From positions 2,354,011 to 2,418,010 of the forward strand of contig MU054117.1 of assembly GCA_013239625.1 (NCBI GenBank): a stretch of DNA of 64,000 nt, read 5' to 3'. This DNA is from Lama guanicoe. Taxonomy: Eukaryota. Below the pieces are notes generated by a model. The model ran no database searches and was not told where the DNA came from. It saw only the letters and a program-made list of their open reading frames with translations. Below are positions 24,956 through 35,500 of this stretch, one piece after another. Positions within the stretch are counted from its first letter, which is position 1, and every line of letters begins with the position of its first letter. Made by a program: the position numbers and the translations under genes.

Positions 24956-26685
24956 TATGAATCTGGGCTTTCACTCTCCATTGAGAATCACGAGCGTGGA
25001 CCCTGGAAAGTGCAAGGGGCAGCAGGCTGTTAGAGATATGTTAGGCTGAGAAGGAGGTTCTGTTAGAGGGGTTCCTCGTCATGTGACCAGCAGCGCCAGC
25101 GCACAGGCCCAGGGGAATGCTCCCTGGGCTTTTGGAAAGACGGCAGACAAATCAGGAGATGAGTTCTATTGATAGAAGTTAAAACTGAAACAAACGGAAG
25201 CAATTCAAAAGGGGGAAGTGGGACTGTGTTGGCTGTAGGTCAACATAGCCAAAGGTCTGGAAGCTTAAGAATGTTTGGCTACAGAAACAAGTAAGGAACC
25301 TACAAAAATGCGGAAATGTCTATTATTGTCTAAATATGGATCGCAGTGACTGCAGGGATGGGAACGCTGGAATAGGACATCCTGACAAAACTGTGATTCC
25401 ATACTCCATTCTAGCATAGAGCATTTCTATTTTTTAACATCATCCGAGTCTATCAGTTAAAGGATCTATGCCCACGGAATCATAGGAAAAAGGCAGACTG
25501 TACTATTGCCCCGTTGTCACACACATGAAGAAATTGTCTCCAGTTCACAAGATGTCAGATCAAAAGGAAATTGCTCTATTCAAGGCCCAGGGTAAAGCTG
25601 TGCGGGTCATGTGTTAACACTACGTACGGGGTGACAATCATTTCACCGGCCGTTATCCTTGTATAGATTTTAAAAAATACGTTTTTCTTTAACAATTTGC
25701 AAAATATTTACACAGTGATATTTTAGTAATTGCATGTGCTTATTCATATTTTGACCTTCTAAGTATGTTACTGTATTGCTTAATTTCTCTTCGAGAACCA
25801 AGACTGTAATCCCTATTTCCTGACCAATCGAATGTTCTCTCATCACTGTGCTAAGGTGGTTTCGTAATAGTAAGGAAAATAGTTTTATCTTTTAAAACTT
25901 GTGCTTTGTTGATTTTAACAGATGCATGGAGTACTCTACCATTGTGTAAAATTGTGTAAGTCTACTGAGAGGTACTTGGAGAGACAGGAATGGGCTGTCC
26001 CTTTTTTTAGGATATCTGCTACCTCCCTAAAACGGACTGTCACACTCGTGACATTTGCCATCAGCTTAGAGTTCACAGACCCTCCCCCTCTGCCTCCTCC
26101 CATTCCTTTATATCCAGGATTCCTTTACCTTCAAATCTCAGTTTTACTTCCACCTCCTATCTCTTCCAGCCTCCCTCCCTCCACCCATCAATCACTGGAC
26201 TCTAGCATTCCCTCCCCACCCCCAAAAGGTATCTTCCTGGTCTAAAGCCTAATTTTCCCTTCCACTCTGACCAGCCTCTTGCTACCATGGCCAACACTTT
26301 CTAGCCTAGTCTTCGGAGCGACTTCAGGGTCCCCAACCCCACCCAGACCAGGACAAAACTGCGCGCGGGGGGGGGTCCCAGAACCAGGAGGAGGGCCCTG
26401 GGAAAGGGCGGAGTGGAGGCAGTGCTGCCTAATGGTGAGAGCACCTGGGCGCAGGGGAGGGTGCAAGCAGGTCGGTCTCGGCTGGAAGCGGAGTGAACTC
26501 AGCCTGGATCCCGGCCAGCGGGCCGCCCCTTCCCCCTGAGGGGCGCTTCGCGAAAGAGGTGAGGACGCGGCCGGGCGGTGGGATGCAGGCGCGCCGCGCA
26601 CCCTCGCCAGCCTCCGGCCGCGCTCAGCCCCTCCGCGCCGCGCCCGCCGCGCCCCCGGCCTCCTGCCCGCCCGCCGCCCGCTCAC

Positions 26686-26709
26686 CTCGCTGCACCGCCG
26701 CCGCGCCGG
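26686..26709 (-). other. FOXM1: Visible 3' end of FOXM1 non-coding exon 1 (rest lies in the N gap)
   Basis: GGCGGCGGTGCAGCGAG|GTGAGC donor in the CpG island. Confidence 0.7.
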
Positions 26710-27094
26710 NNNNNNNNNNNNNNNNNNNNNNNNNNNNNNNNNNNNNNNNNNNNNNNNNNNNNNNNNNNNNNNNNNNNNNNNNNNNNNNNNNNNNNNNNNN
26801 NNNNNNNNNNNNNNNNNNNNNNNNNNNNNNNNNNNNNNNNNNNNNNNNNNNNNNNNNNNNNNNNNNNNNNNNNNNNNNNNNNNNNNNNNNNNNNNNNNNN
26901 NNNNNNNNNNNNNNNNNNNNNNNNNNNNNNNNNNNNNNNNNNNNNNNNNNNNNNNNNNNNNNNNNNNNNNNNNNNNNNNNNNNNNNNNNNNNNNNNNNNN
27001 NNNNNNNNNNNNNNNNNNNNNNNNNNNNNNNNNNNNNNNNNNNNNNNNNNNNNNNNNNNNNNNNNNNNNNNNNNNNNNNNNNNNNNNNNNNNNN
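26710..27094. other. Assembly gap (385 N)
   Basis: Run of N. Confidence 1.
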
Positions 27095-28116
27095 GGATGA
27101 GGTGAGAGAGGGGTGCGGGCCGGGCGGGCAGGGCAGAGCGGGCAGGTGGGCCGGCGGCTCGTGGGGAGGGCGCAGGGAGGCCCCGCGGGGGCGGGACGCG
27201 GGGACCCCGGGGACCCCGGGGCCGGCCCCCAGCTGCTCTCTGGCCCCCGGCGCCCCTCCGCGCTGCTCGCGCGTCCCGGGGTCTTCCTCCCGCGCTGGTT
27301 TCCTCGCTGGGGGGCCGGAGTGGTGGGGGTACTGCCCTCCGTTGGCCTCCTACCAGCGACCATCCGGGCCCCCGACTCTCCTGGCGGCCCCTGGAGCGCA
27401 GCTTCTGGCCTCGTTCAAGTTCCCTCCGTAAATTACTCGCACAGCGCGAACCCCGCCTCGGCTCTGGGTCCTCTCCCGCCCCGCCCCTGCAACCCTTTAC
27501 CGGTAATGAAGTACTTGATTTATTAACTTGGTCACACGGTGAGTTGAGCATCTGCTCTGTGCCAGGCCGCGCTAGGATGCAGTGGCAGAGGGGGTCTTTC
27601 TTCTGATGGGCGGAGGGAGGAGCTCATTTCCGAAGTAAACTAGTTTATTTAAGCAATAAACTTAAGAAGGGAAATATAGCTGTGAAGTGATGAATCAGAG
27701 GTCAGGGATAGCTTCGCGTATCTACAGGAGGGAGACCTTGCGTTCCTTAATGTAGGTGAGAAAGGCTTTCCTGCTGCACTACAGCCGGGGCTTTATGCAG
27801 ACGAGGGAGACCTCAGAAGGGACTGAGGTGTGCAGGGCCACGCAGCAGGAGACGAAGCTGGACCTGGAGCAACTGGCCCGTAGCCAACACTGAGGCTTTT
27901 GGTTCTTATCCAGAAATCAAAAATGAGTCTTAAGCAGAAGTGAGTCAAGATCAGATTTGCATTTTAAAAAAGTCCCCCTGCAGGGGGTGCCAGAGTGGGT
28001 TAGGGTAGACCAGTTAGGCTATTGCATTACCCCAGGACAGAGCCGGAGCTTGAAGGGCGGTGGGAGAGGAGGGGAGAGAGGGAGGGAAGAAGGGGAGGGA
28101 TATTCTTTTTCTTTTG

Positions 28117-28278
28117 AGGGGGGAGGGGAATTAGGTTTCTTTCTTTTTTTTTTTTTAACATTTTTTATTGATTTATAATCATTTTACAATGTTGTGTCAA
28201 ATTCTTTCTTTCTTTAATGGAGGTACTGGGGATTGAACCCCAGACGTACATGCTAGGCAGGCGAGCTACACCCCCCCC
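28117..28278 (-). mobile_element. Vic-1-like SINE interrupted by a short L1 3'-tail insertion (28144-28204)
   Basis: SINE head at 28216-28278, tail at 28117-28143; the insert matches the L1 end at 40568-40625. Confidence 0.8.
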
Positions 28279-31200
28279 ATATTATTATTTTTCGCAAAGG
28301 AAGAATTTTTTTTATCAAGTTTTGAGTTGAATCTAATAAAGTCTTTAAAAAAATTACCGCTGATTCTGATCCCACGTTTAATACTGAACTGTCACTAAAA
28401 ACCATGATTATGAGTTTTTTCCCCAACTGAAGTATAAGTGACATAACAAGTTATTTCAGTTTCAGGTGGACAACATGATTTGCTTATGTTTTATACATCG
28501 TAAAGTGATGTATAAATAAGTCTAATTAACCATCTGTCACTATACAGGGTTTTTTTTCTTGTGATGAGAACTTTAATGATTTACTTTCTTGGCAACTTTC
28601 AAATTTGAAATACAATATTATTGACTTTGATCACCATGCTGTACATTATATCCCATACTGTATTTACTTTATAACTGGAAGTTTGTACCTCTTGATCCTC
28701 TTTGCCCATCTTGCCTATCCCCCAACCACCCTCCTGGAAGGAGGGGTATCACTGAAGACACAGGAGGTAGGACTGACAGGGCTTGCTAATTGGGTTGGGT
28801 GGGAGGTGGGGGAAGTGTCAAGGTCTCTGGCTGCGTCGCTGGGTGACTGAGGATACCATTCCCTGAGCACAGGCCCTGGAGATAGTCACTTTTATGGAGG
28901 GGGTGCGGGGGAAGCAATGGTGAATTCTGTTGTAAACGTGCTGAGTTTGAGGTGTTGGAGGCATCTAGTTGCTGTCAAGTAGGCGGTGGAATACATGGGT
29001 GTGAGTGTGGAGGAATTCTAAGCTGACTATATAGACACTTGACTCATCTGCTTGTAGGTGGTTATTGAAAACTGGCCTAAGAAAAGCGTGTAGAATTAAG
29101 AGGGCTCCAGAGCACAGCCAGGGAGGGAGAGGCCGTGGAGAGCTAAAGGGATGGACCTCTAGTTACAGCGGAAGGAAAGGATGGATGCAGGTAGACTTAG
29201 GTTTAGATGCTTGCTTTCTGGAAAATGAGAGTATTTCCTTTGATGTCTCCTGTATTCTTTGTGAAGTAGGGATTAAAGCAATTTGTTTGGCGAGAAGAGG
29301 AGTTCTAAAGTTTTAAGATAATCTTTATGGGAAATGAGTTGATCAGAGAAACAGTAGGCCTGCTGAGCAAGGCGGGGTTCACGGGAGGCTGGGGGCTTTG
29401 AGCAAGGGGTGCACGGCAGCACTTCTCACTGGAGCCATAGTTACCACTGTCACCTGGCCCCTGGGCTCCTGCAGGAGCCTTCTCACTGGGTTCCCTGCCT
29501 CCTTTCTCCTTCTCTCCCCAGCCCACCTTTTCTCACAAAGCACTTATAAGGCTAAATCTGATTATGTTACGTCTCTGCCTGGACCCTGCAGTGGCTGCCT
29601 AGTGAAGAATAATTCAACCCCGAGTCCTTAGCCTGGCCTTAACCCTATGTTCTCATCTCCCACCCTCCAGCTCAGCCATGCTGACTGTACTGTTTCTTGA
29701 CCAAGTCAAACACACTCCCATCTCACAGTTCAGTCTGGAATATTCCTTCTTACATCTTTCTCTTGTCTGCTTGCTCTCCTTTCTTTGTTCAGGTCTTTGC
29801 TCAAATACACTTTTCAGAGAGGCCCTCCCTGACGACCCTGTCTAAAACAGCAGCCCCTTACGCTGTTTCACTTTTCTCTACCTCTGATCACTTCCCAACT
29901 AGACTAGATGTAAGGGCCGCGAGGGCAGGGATTTAATTTTGTAACCTAGTATATATTTCCAGCACCTGTAACAGTGCCCAAAACACAGCAGGCACTCAGT
30001 ACACATGTGCTGAATAAATTGATGAACAATTGGAGGTGTTTATTACCTGCCTTCTCCCTAAAATGTTGGTTCCTTGAGGGTAAAGGCTTTGTCCTTATTT
30101 TTCCTCTCCTTCATCTCCACTGCCTAGTGACATAAATCAGAGTCTGTTGCTCTTTTGTTGGTGACTGAATGAATGAATCAGGACTGTTCAGTGGGACCAG
30201 TCTGCTCTGTTGTGTGACCCTCTGGGATGCCCAGCGGCATCTCCCCCTCACCTCCACCTGCTGCATTCAAACTTCTGTCCCACCAACCCGTGGACAAAAG
30301 CTCTTATTAAAACTGATCTGGGTACTGGATTCACTGGACACTTTTGCAGACTTTTTATTACTTTGTGGGGCCTGCTGTCCCTGCCTCTCTCTCCAGCCTC
30401 CCGTCTCTGCTGACACAGCCCAGGTTCCGGCCTCATCGGCTCCCAGGTGGCACAGGACCTTCTGCCTGGTCCGCCTGCTTCCGGAGCACTTGTTCTCTCC
30501 TTTCACACTGTTGCCAGGACCATCTGCCTAAGAGTCAAAACAAAGAAAAAACAATTGCGCTACTTATGAGACAACTGAAATTTGAACACAGGACATTTGG
30601 CATTTAATATTTAAGGAAATACACATGTTACTATATGCTAATGTATGTATAAGTACATACAGTATATAAGTATGTATATTTGTATATGTTAGTTGTGTTC
30701 ATGGGAATGGTATCATGACTGGGAATATATTGTCAAAATAAAGGGGTGGGGAAGTGGGTGGGGGTGGATGGATCCTGACTGGCCATGGGTTGATGGTTGT
30801 TGGAGCTGGGTGATGGGCATTTGGGGGCTCATTATACTGTTAACTATTTTTTTTTGTATGTTCAAAATTATCTGGGGTAAAGGTTTAAAAAAAATCCAAG
30901 TGTGATCATATCCGTCTGCTTCAAAATTTTCAGTGACTACTTAGGTCAAAGTCCAAACTCAGACGGTACACCTGGTTTTCTTACCTGACCCGGACACTCT
31001 CCCACCTCAGTCCCTGCAAGTTGTCTTTTCAAGCCCTGTGTCCAGCTACGTGGAGTCTGGTCCTGAGTCCGCAGTGCTCCTGTCTCTCCTGTGTGTGTGC
31101 TTGGAGCGCCCTCCCTGTTCTTTGGCTTTTCCCAGCCCTCCTGTACCGAGGCTGTCACCCTCTCCAGAAAGCCTCCCTTGGTGGGGTGGAAGCACTGTTC

Positions 31201-31628
31201 TCATTGTTGTAATTGTCTCCCTCTGCTAGACTTTCAGCTCTTTGAAGACAGGGACAGTCTGTGTCCCTGCAGGTGCTTGGCACTCAATGGTTGTGGAGTA
31301 AGTGGTTATTCATCTTTAAATTCCCAACACCCAGAATGGTGCTGGCAGGTGCTCGATAAATGCTCACGGGATGAACATCGTTGAGTATGAGCTCCTGTGT
31401 ATTGACCTGGTGGTGTGGGTACAGGAAGCCGGTGCAGTCCTGGGGCAGGGCTGCTGGCCTGTAGCGGAACCGGCTGGCAGAGTGTGCAGGAGTGCTGGGG
31501 AGTCACCGGATTATCTTCTCCCCACTTGTGTTTCCTCTCTGCAGGCATGGGTTGGAACTGGAGTCTCTCCCCAGACCTGACTGCAGCCAGCATCATGCAG
31601 TTACTCACTGCTCTTCACTCACCTGTTG

Positions 31629-31796
31629 ATGCCTCCCAGAAAAAAACGCCGCCAGACGGCCCAGAAACCCCAGCTGCTATTCCACCAACAACCACTAGAG
31701 GGCCCCAGACACCGCCAAGGATCTCCCCAGCTTCCTGTCACCCACACTAGACAGGTGCCTGGCAAGCCCATTGACCACACCACCGTCACTTCCTGG
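31629..31796 (+). CDS. RHNO1: RHNO1 (RHINO) first coding exon (exon begins at 31545)
   Basis: MPPRKKRRQTAQKPQLLFHQQPLEGP...PIDHTTVTSW; 168 nt; donor TGG|GTAGGC; acceptor tctctgcag at 31544. Confidence 0.93.
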
Positions 31797-32643
31797 GTAG
31801 GCCATGGGAGTCTTACAGTGACTTTTACTCTGCTAGGGTTCTCAGTGCTGACTCTGCCCAGCAAACCAGGGCTTCCAGAGAACAAGGAGACTCCTGGGGG
31901 CAGAGACTAGGAGACAGTGTCCTCTTTCTGCCTGTCCTCTGTCATCTTCTCTGTCTTATCTTTTTCCCTAAGTTCAAACTGAGGTGTGGGTTGCTTGGAA
32001 TTGGAGTCTCTCTCCCCCGCTGTCCCCTGAAAGAGCTGAGCACGAAATCTTCACTCCCCAGTAGCTGGGTGAGAAAGCCAGATAAATGGCTCAACGAGTC
32101 AAAAATGAGCTTGTTCCCGGAGCTTCATGTGCGAGATGGGGTATTTAGCTAAGTCTTCTCTTTACTGCTTAGTGGATAGAATGTGGAAGGAAAATCCTCA
32201 GAAATGGTATGTGTTATCTTCTGACAGTTGAAAAGCCCTGGGAAGAGAACACAGCTCCTGTATGTCAGGGAAGTAATGTAGTGAAGGAGCCAGACAGAAG
32301 CCTAAGCCCTGCCTCAGAGAGCTCTGCCAGGTGCTGGGGGCGACGGTGGCCAGGACAGCTGGGCCCTGCCGTCAGCGTCCAGAGCGAGACGCTTAGCTGT
32401 CCTGCAGCCGTGTGATGAAGTGACAGAGGCGTTGCCCCCTTTCTTGCACACGAGGAAACTGAAAGCCAGGGAGGTGGAGTGACTTGCCCAAAGCTCATAC
32501 CCCTTTCCACCTTCATCCAGTTAGACAGCTTATCTCGGGCCCGTTCCTGTAGCGGGCTCCCACTTGGGATCCTGGCCATTGGATGCAGTTTCCTTCGGTT
32601 TGGATGTGGCTCTCCCTCACCTTTTCTCACCCCCAATCCTTAG

Positions 32644-33198
32644 GTATCACCTCAGTTTGATACAACAGCAGAAAGCTGGTTCCCAGCCAACCGTAAACGT
32701 CATCTTCGAGCCCAGGCCAGGCATTCAAGTCGGAAATCTGCCACCTGCAAGTTTCCACGTCTAACATTTGAGAGTCCACCTTCTTGCTCCAGGTCAGCCA
32801 CACCCGGGATCCCCTTAATCAGTGGCTGCCCCAACCAACCAGAAAAGGACATTACCAGAAGGGCCTTAGTTCCCATGCTCAGTCCCCAAAGCTGCGGGGA
32901 GCTGTCAGCACCTGCACTTCAAAACCTACCTTACGTGTTCACCCCACCTGATATCCAGACCCCAGAGTCGTCCGTGAGGGGAGGGCTCGTTCCCCCAGAG
33001 CAGAGGGGAAACAGCCTTCCGAGCGGCTCCCTTCACAGCAGCACTCCCGAGAGCCCCGAGCCCGGGCCCGTTCTGGTTACAGACACCCCCGAGGAGAAGT
33101 ACGGGATAAAGGTCACCTGGAGGAGGCGACGACATCTGTTCGCGTACCTCAGGGAGAGAGGGAAGCTGAGCAGAAGCCAGTTTCTTGTGAAAAACTGA
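32644..33198 (+). CDS. RHNO1: RHNO1 last coding exon; total 240 aa
   Basis: Acceptor ccttag|GTA; completes SWVSPQF; KFPRLTFESP; LVPMLSPQSCGELS; VLVTDTPEEKYGIKVTWRRRRHLFAYLRERGKLSRSQFLVKN*. Confidence 0.93.
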   Translation, partial: VSPQFDTTAESWFPANRKRHLRAQARHSSRKSATCKFPRLTFESPPSCSRSATPGIPLISGCPNQPEKDITRRALVPMLSPQSCGELSAPALQNLPYVFTPPDIQTPESSVRGGLVPPEQRGNSLPSGSLHSSTPESPEPGPVLVTDTPEEKYGIKVTWRRRRHLFAYLRERGKLSRSQFLVKN

Positions 33199-33511
33199 CG
33201 GGATTTCTCAGACATCAGGCGTCCCAAAAAACTGATGGCTGGTTTTCATCCAGTTGCTCACATCACTCGTCTGGCTCACAAGCAAGGACGTCAGTAGGGT
33301 AAAATGGAAACAACACCCCAGGAACACCAGTAGAAAAAAGATGTTTTAACTAGAGCCCTGAAGTCATGAGGGAATTCAATTTCCAGACTTGCTTTTTAAA
33401 ATATCCGGTGCCATAAACAGTTTTTAGTGTCATAAACAGTTCACTTCATATTTTCCTTGTATTAACTGTTTTAAAATTTTAAATATTTTAAAACTGCTTA
33501 AAATGTATGTA

Positions 33512-33517
33512 AATAAA
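33512..33517 (+). terminator. RHNO1: RHNO1 proximal poly(A) signal candidate
   Basis: AATAAA preceded by TGTATGTA. Confidence 0.55.
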
Positions 33518-33950
33518 TGGCTGCAGAAGGTTTTCACAGAACCCTGTTCCTGACACTAATGCAGCAATACAGCCTCCTTCGCAAAAGGGTTTCTTAGTTC
33601 CCTGTAACCACTGCTTACTCAGCCTTCTAATCACTTCCTTCAAACTAGCTCATTCCACATGTTTGAGTACCAGCTCCGTGTACAGCTCCCTCTGTGACAT
33701 GAGGCATGGAAAAACTCGAAGCAAAGTGAGTGTTTATAGTTGCTGCCTCTTCAGACTTCGCTCGTCTGCTGAAAGGGCAAGGTTCTGAAGAAAGCGCAGC
33801 AAGCCTGTTTTAATGAGTTCAGTGGGATCAGGGGAGATAAGTTACTTCGCGGTGCTATGTTTTCATTTCTTGCTTCCAACTGAAGTAATCTGTAAAAATT
33901 AAATAGGGTGGGAAAATGATTTCTTGTCGTAACTGTTTAAAATGTATGTA

Positions 33951-33956
33951 AATAAA
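33951..33956 (+). terminator. RHNO1: RHNO1 distal poly(A) signal candidate
   Basis: AATAAA preceded by TGTATGTA, followed by T-rich sequence. Confidence 0.6.
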
Positions 33957-34539
33957 TGTGTAATGTTTTCAAATACTACTTTTTATTGTAATTAATGCAG
34001 AAGGACTGCCCGGTCAACAAAATGTCTCGATTGTCCTTTCATCCACACAAATAGCATCTCTCTCATTCAACTCCATTTCGTCAGCTTTCAGAACCAAATC
34101 TGTGTCAGGTCCAGCCTGAGCCAGACAAGCAGAGATTATTTACTTTAAAAATGGGTGGAGGCTGACCAGCGAGCGCAGTGCCAAGTTCTCTGCCTCTTAG
34201 AAACTCAAAACCAGTGTGGAAACACTTGGCCTCGGAATGCTGTAAAGTCAACGTGCGATGACCTTTGACAGGGCGCTCTGTGGAGTCTGTAATGCTGCGT
34301 AAGCAAGACTTACTGGATCCAATAGTGGATCTCAGTGGGATACGGGAGTTTGAAGACGGTTGGTAGGCTGCAGAGAGAGGAAGGTGGAAAATGGGGTCCG
34401 GCGAATGTGCGTGGCCAGTCTAGGACGCCCTAAGACCCTGGGCTGGACCAGGGGAGGCTGTGGGGGTCCAGTGTGGCTGGGAGCAGACGCATTTGGTTGG
34501 GAAGAAACGCTGGGCCGGGCCAGGGATGGTTCGGGGAAG

Positions 34540-35500
34540 GCCGGGGTGTTGGGAGGGCTGGCCTGCGCGGGAGTGGGCGGAGGTCTGCCAGTCCCCCGGG
34601 GCGGCGCCCCCAGGAAGCGCGGTGGGTGGTCTCCGGGTAGGGCCTGCTGGGTGCCGGCGGGCCAGGCGCTCCGCGGTTAGCTGGGGATGGGCGGCTCCGC
34701 CCTTAGCAACCCGCTCGTAGCAACCCTCCCGCGGCGCCGCCGCCCGTAGCAACCTTCCGGGGGAGCGACGGGCGCATGGGCCAATAGGCGGGGGCCGACG
34801 AGCGCGCGGCGGCCAATGGGCGCGGAGCAGCTGGCGCGCGGGCCAATGGGAGGCGGCGACAGTGTGAGGTGCTGTTTCGGGGCGGGGCGGCTGCGCCAGG
34901 CTGGCCCCCGCCGCAACGTTTCGGGTGTGGACGCGGCAGCAGCTCTCGGAGCGGCGGGATGGAGGCGTCGCGCTGCGGCCCGGGACCCCGCGGGGACAGG
35001 TCAGGAGCGGTGGCGACGGGCAGAGGCCGAAGGCGGTCGTGGCGGCCCGGGCGGGGAGCCGAGGGGAGCGCGAGGCCTGGGCCGGGGGCGCGGGGGCGGT
35101 GGGAGAGGACCGGGCCCAGCGGCGGAGTGGGGGCAGGGGGCGCCCGCGCCGAGGGCCGGCTCGTGTCCGGTCCCGCTGGGACCCGCGGGGTCGGTCCCGC
35201 CTCGTCGGAACGCGTCAGGCAGGCGGCCGCCCCTTCTGGGCCCGGGCGCGGGGGCGCTCCGGGGTCCAGCAGAGCCCGCTGTGGGCGGTGGCGCTGCGGG
35301 CGGTCGCGGACCCGGGGCCGCGGAGCGCGGATGCGGGCGGGGCGGAACCGCGGCTGGGACTCGGCCAGAGCCCGCGCCGCCCGCCCGCTCTGCCCGGCGG
35401 CCCCCCAAGGTGCGGCCGGAGCGGGGTCGGGGCCGGGCGGCGTGGAGACAGCTGTAAACCCTTGAAAGCGCTGCGGTCCGGGAGGCCTCGGGGTAGACAA
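34540..35500 (+). promoter_or_regulatory. TULP3: TULP3 CpG-island promoter with three CCAAT boxes (34781, 34813, 34843), GC boxes and three TAGCAAC motifs
   Basis: CpG-dense sequence around exon 1; motifs read directly. Confidence 0.85.
34959..34999 (+). CDS. TULP3: TULP3 coding exon 1 (MEASRCGPGPRGD)
   Basis: 41 nt; GGGATGG context; donor AG|GTCAGG; matches human MEASRC. Confidence 0.88.

Larger units (their letters stand above)
26480..27500. promoter_or_regulatory. CpG island / FOXM1-RHNO1 bidirectional promoter region
   Basis: Very GC- and CpG-rich on both sides of the gap; divergent splice donors at 26685 (minus) and 27102 (plus); the head-to-head arrangement is established in human. 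Confidence 0.85.

Noticed and set aside
26242..27551. Long ORFs spanning the N gap
   Set aside because: Artefacts of translating Ns in a CpG island
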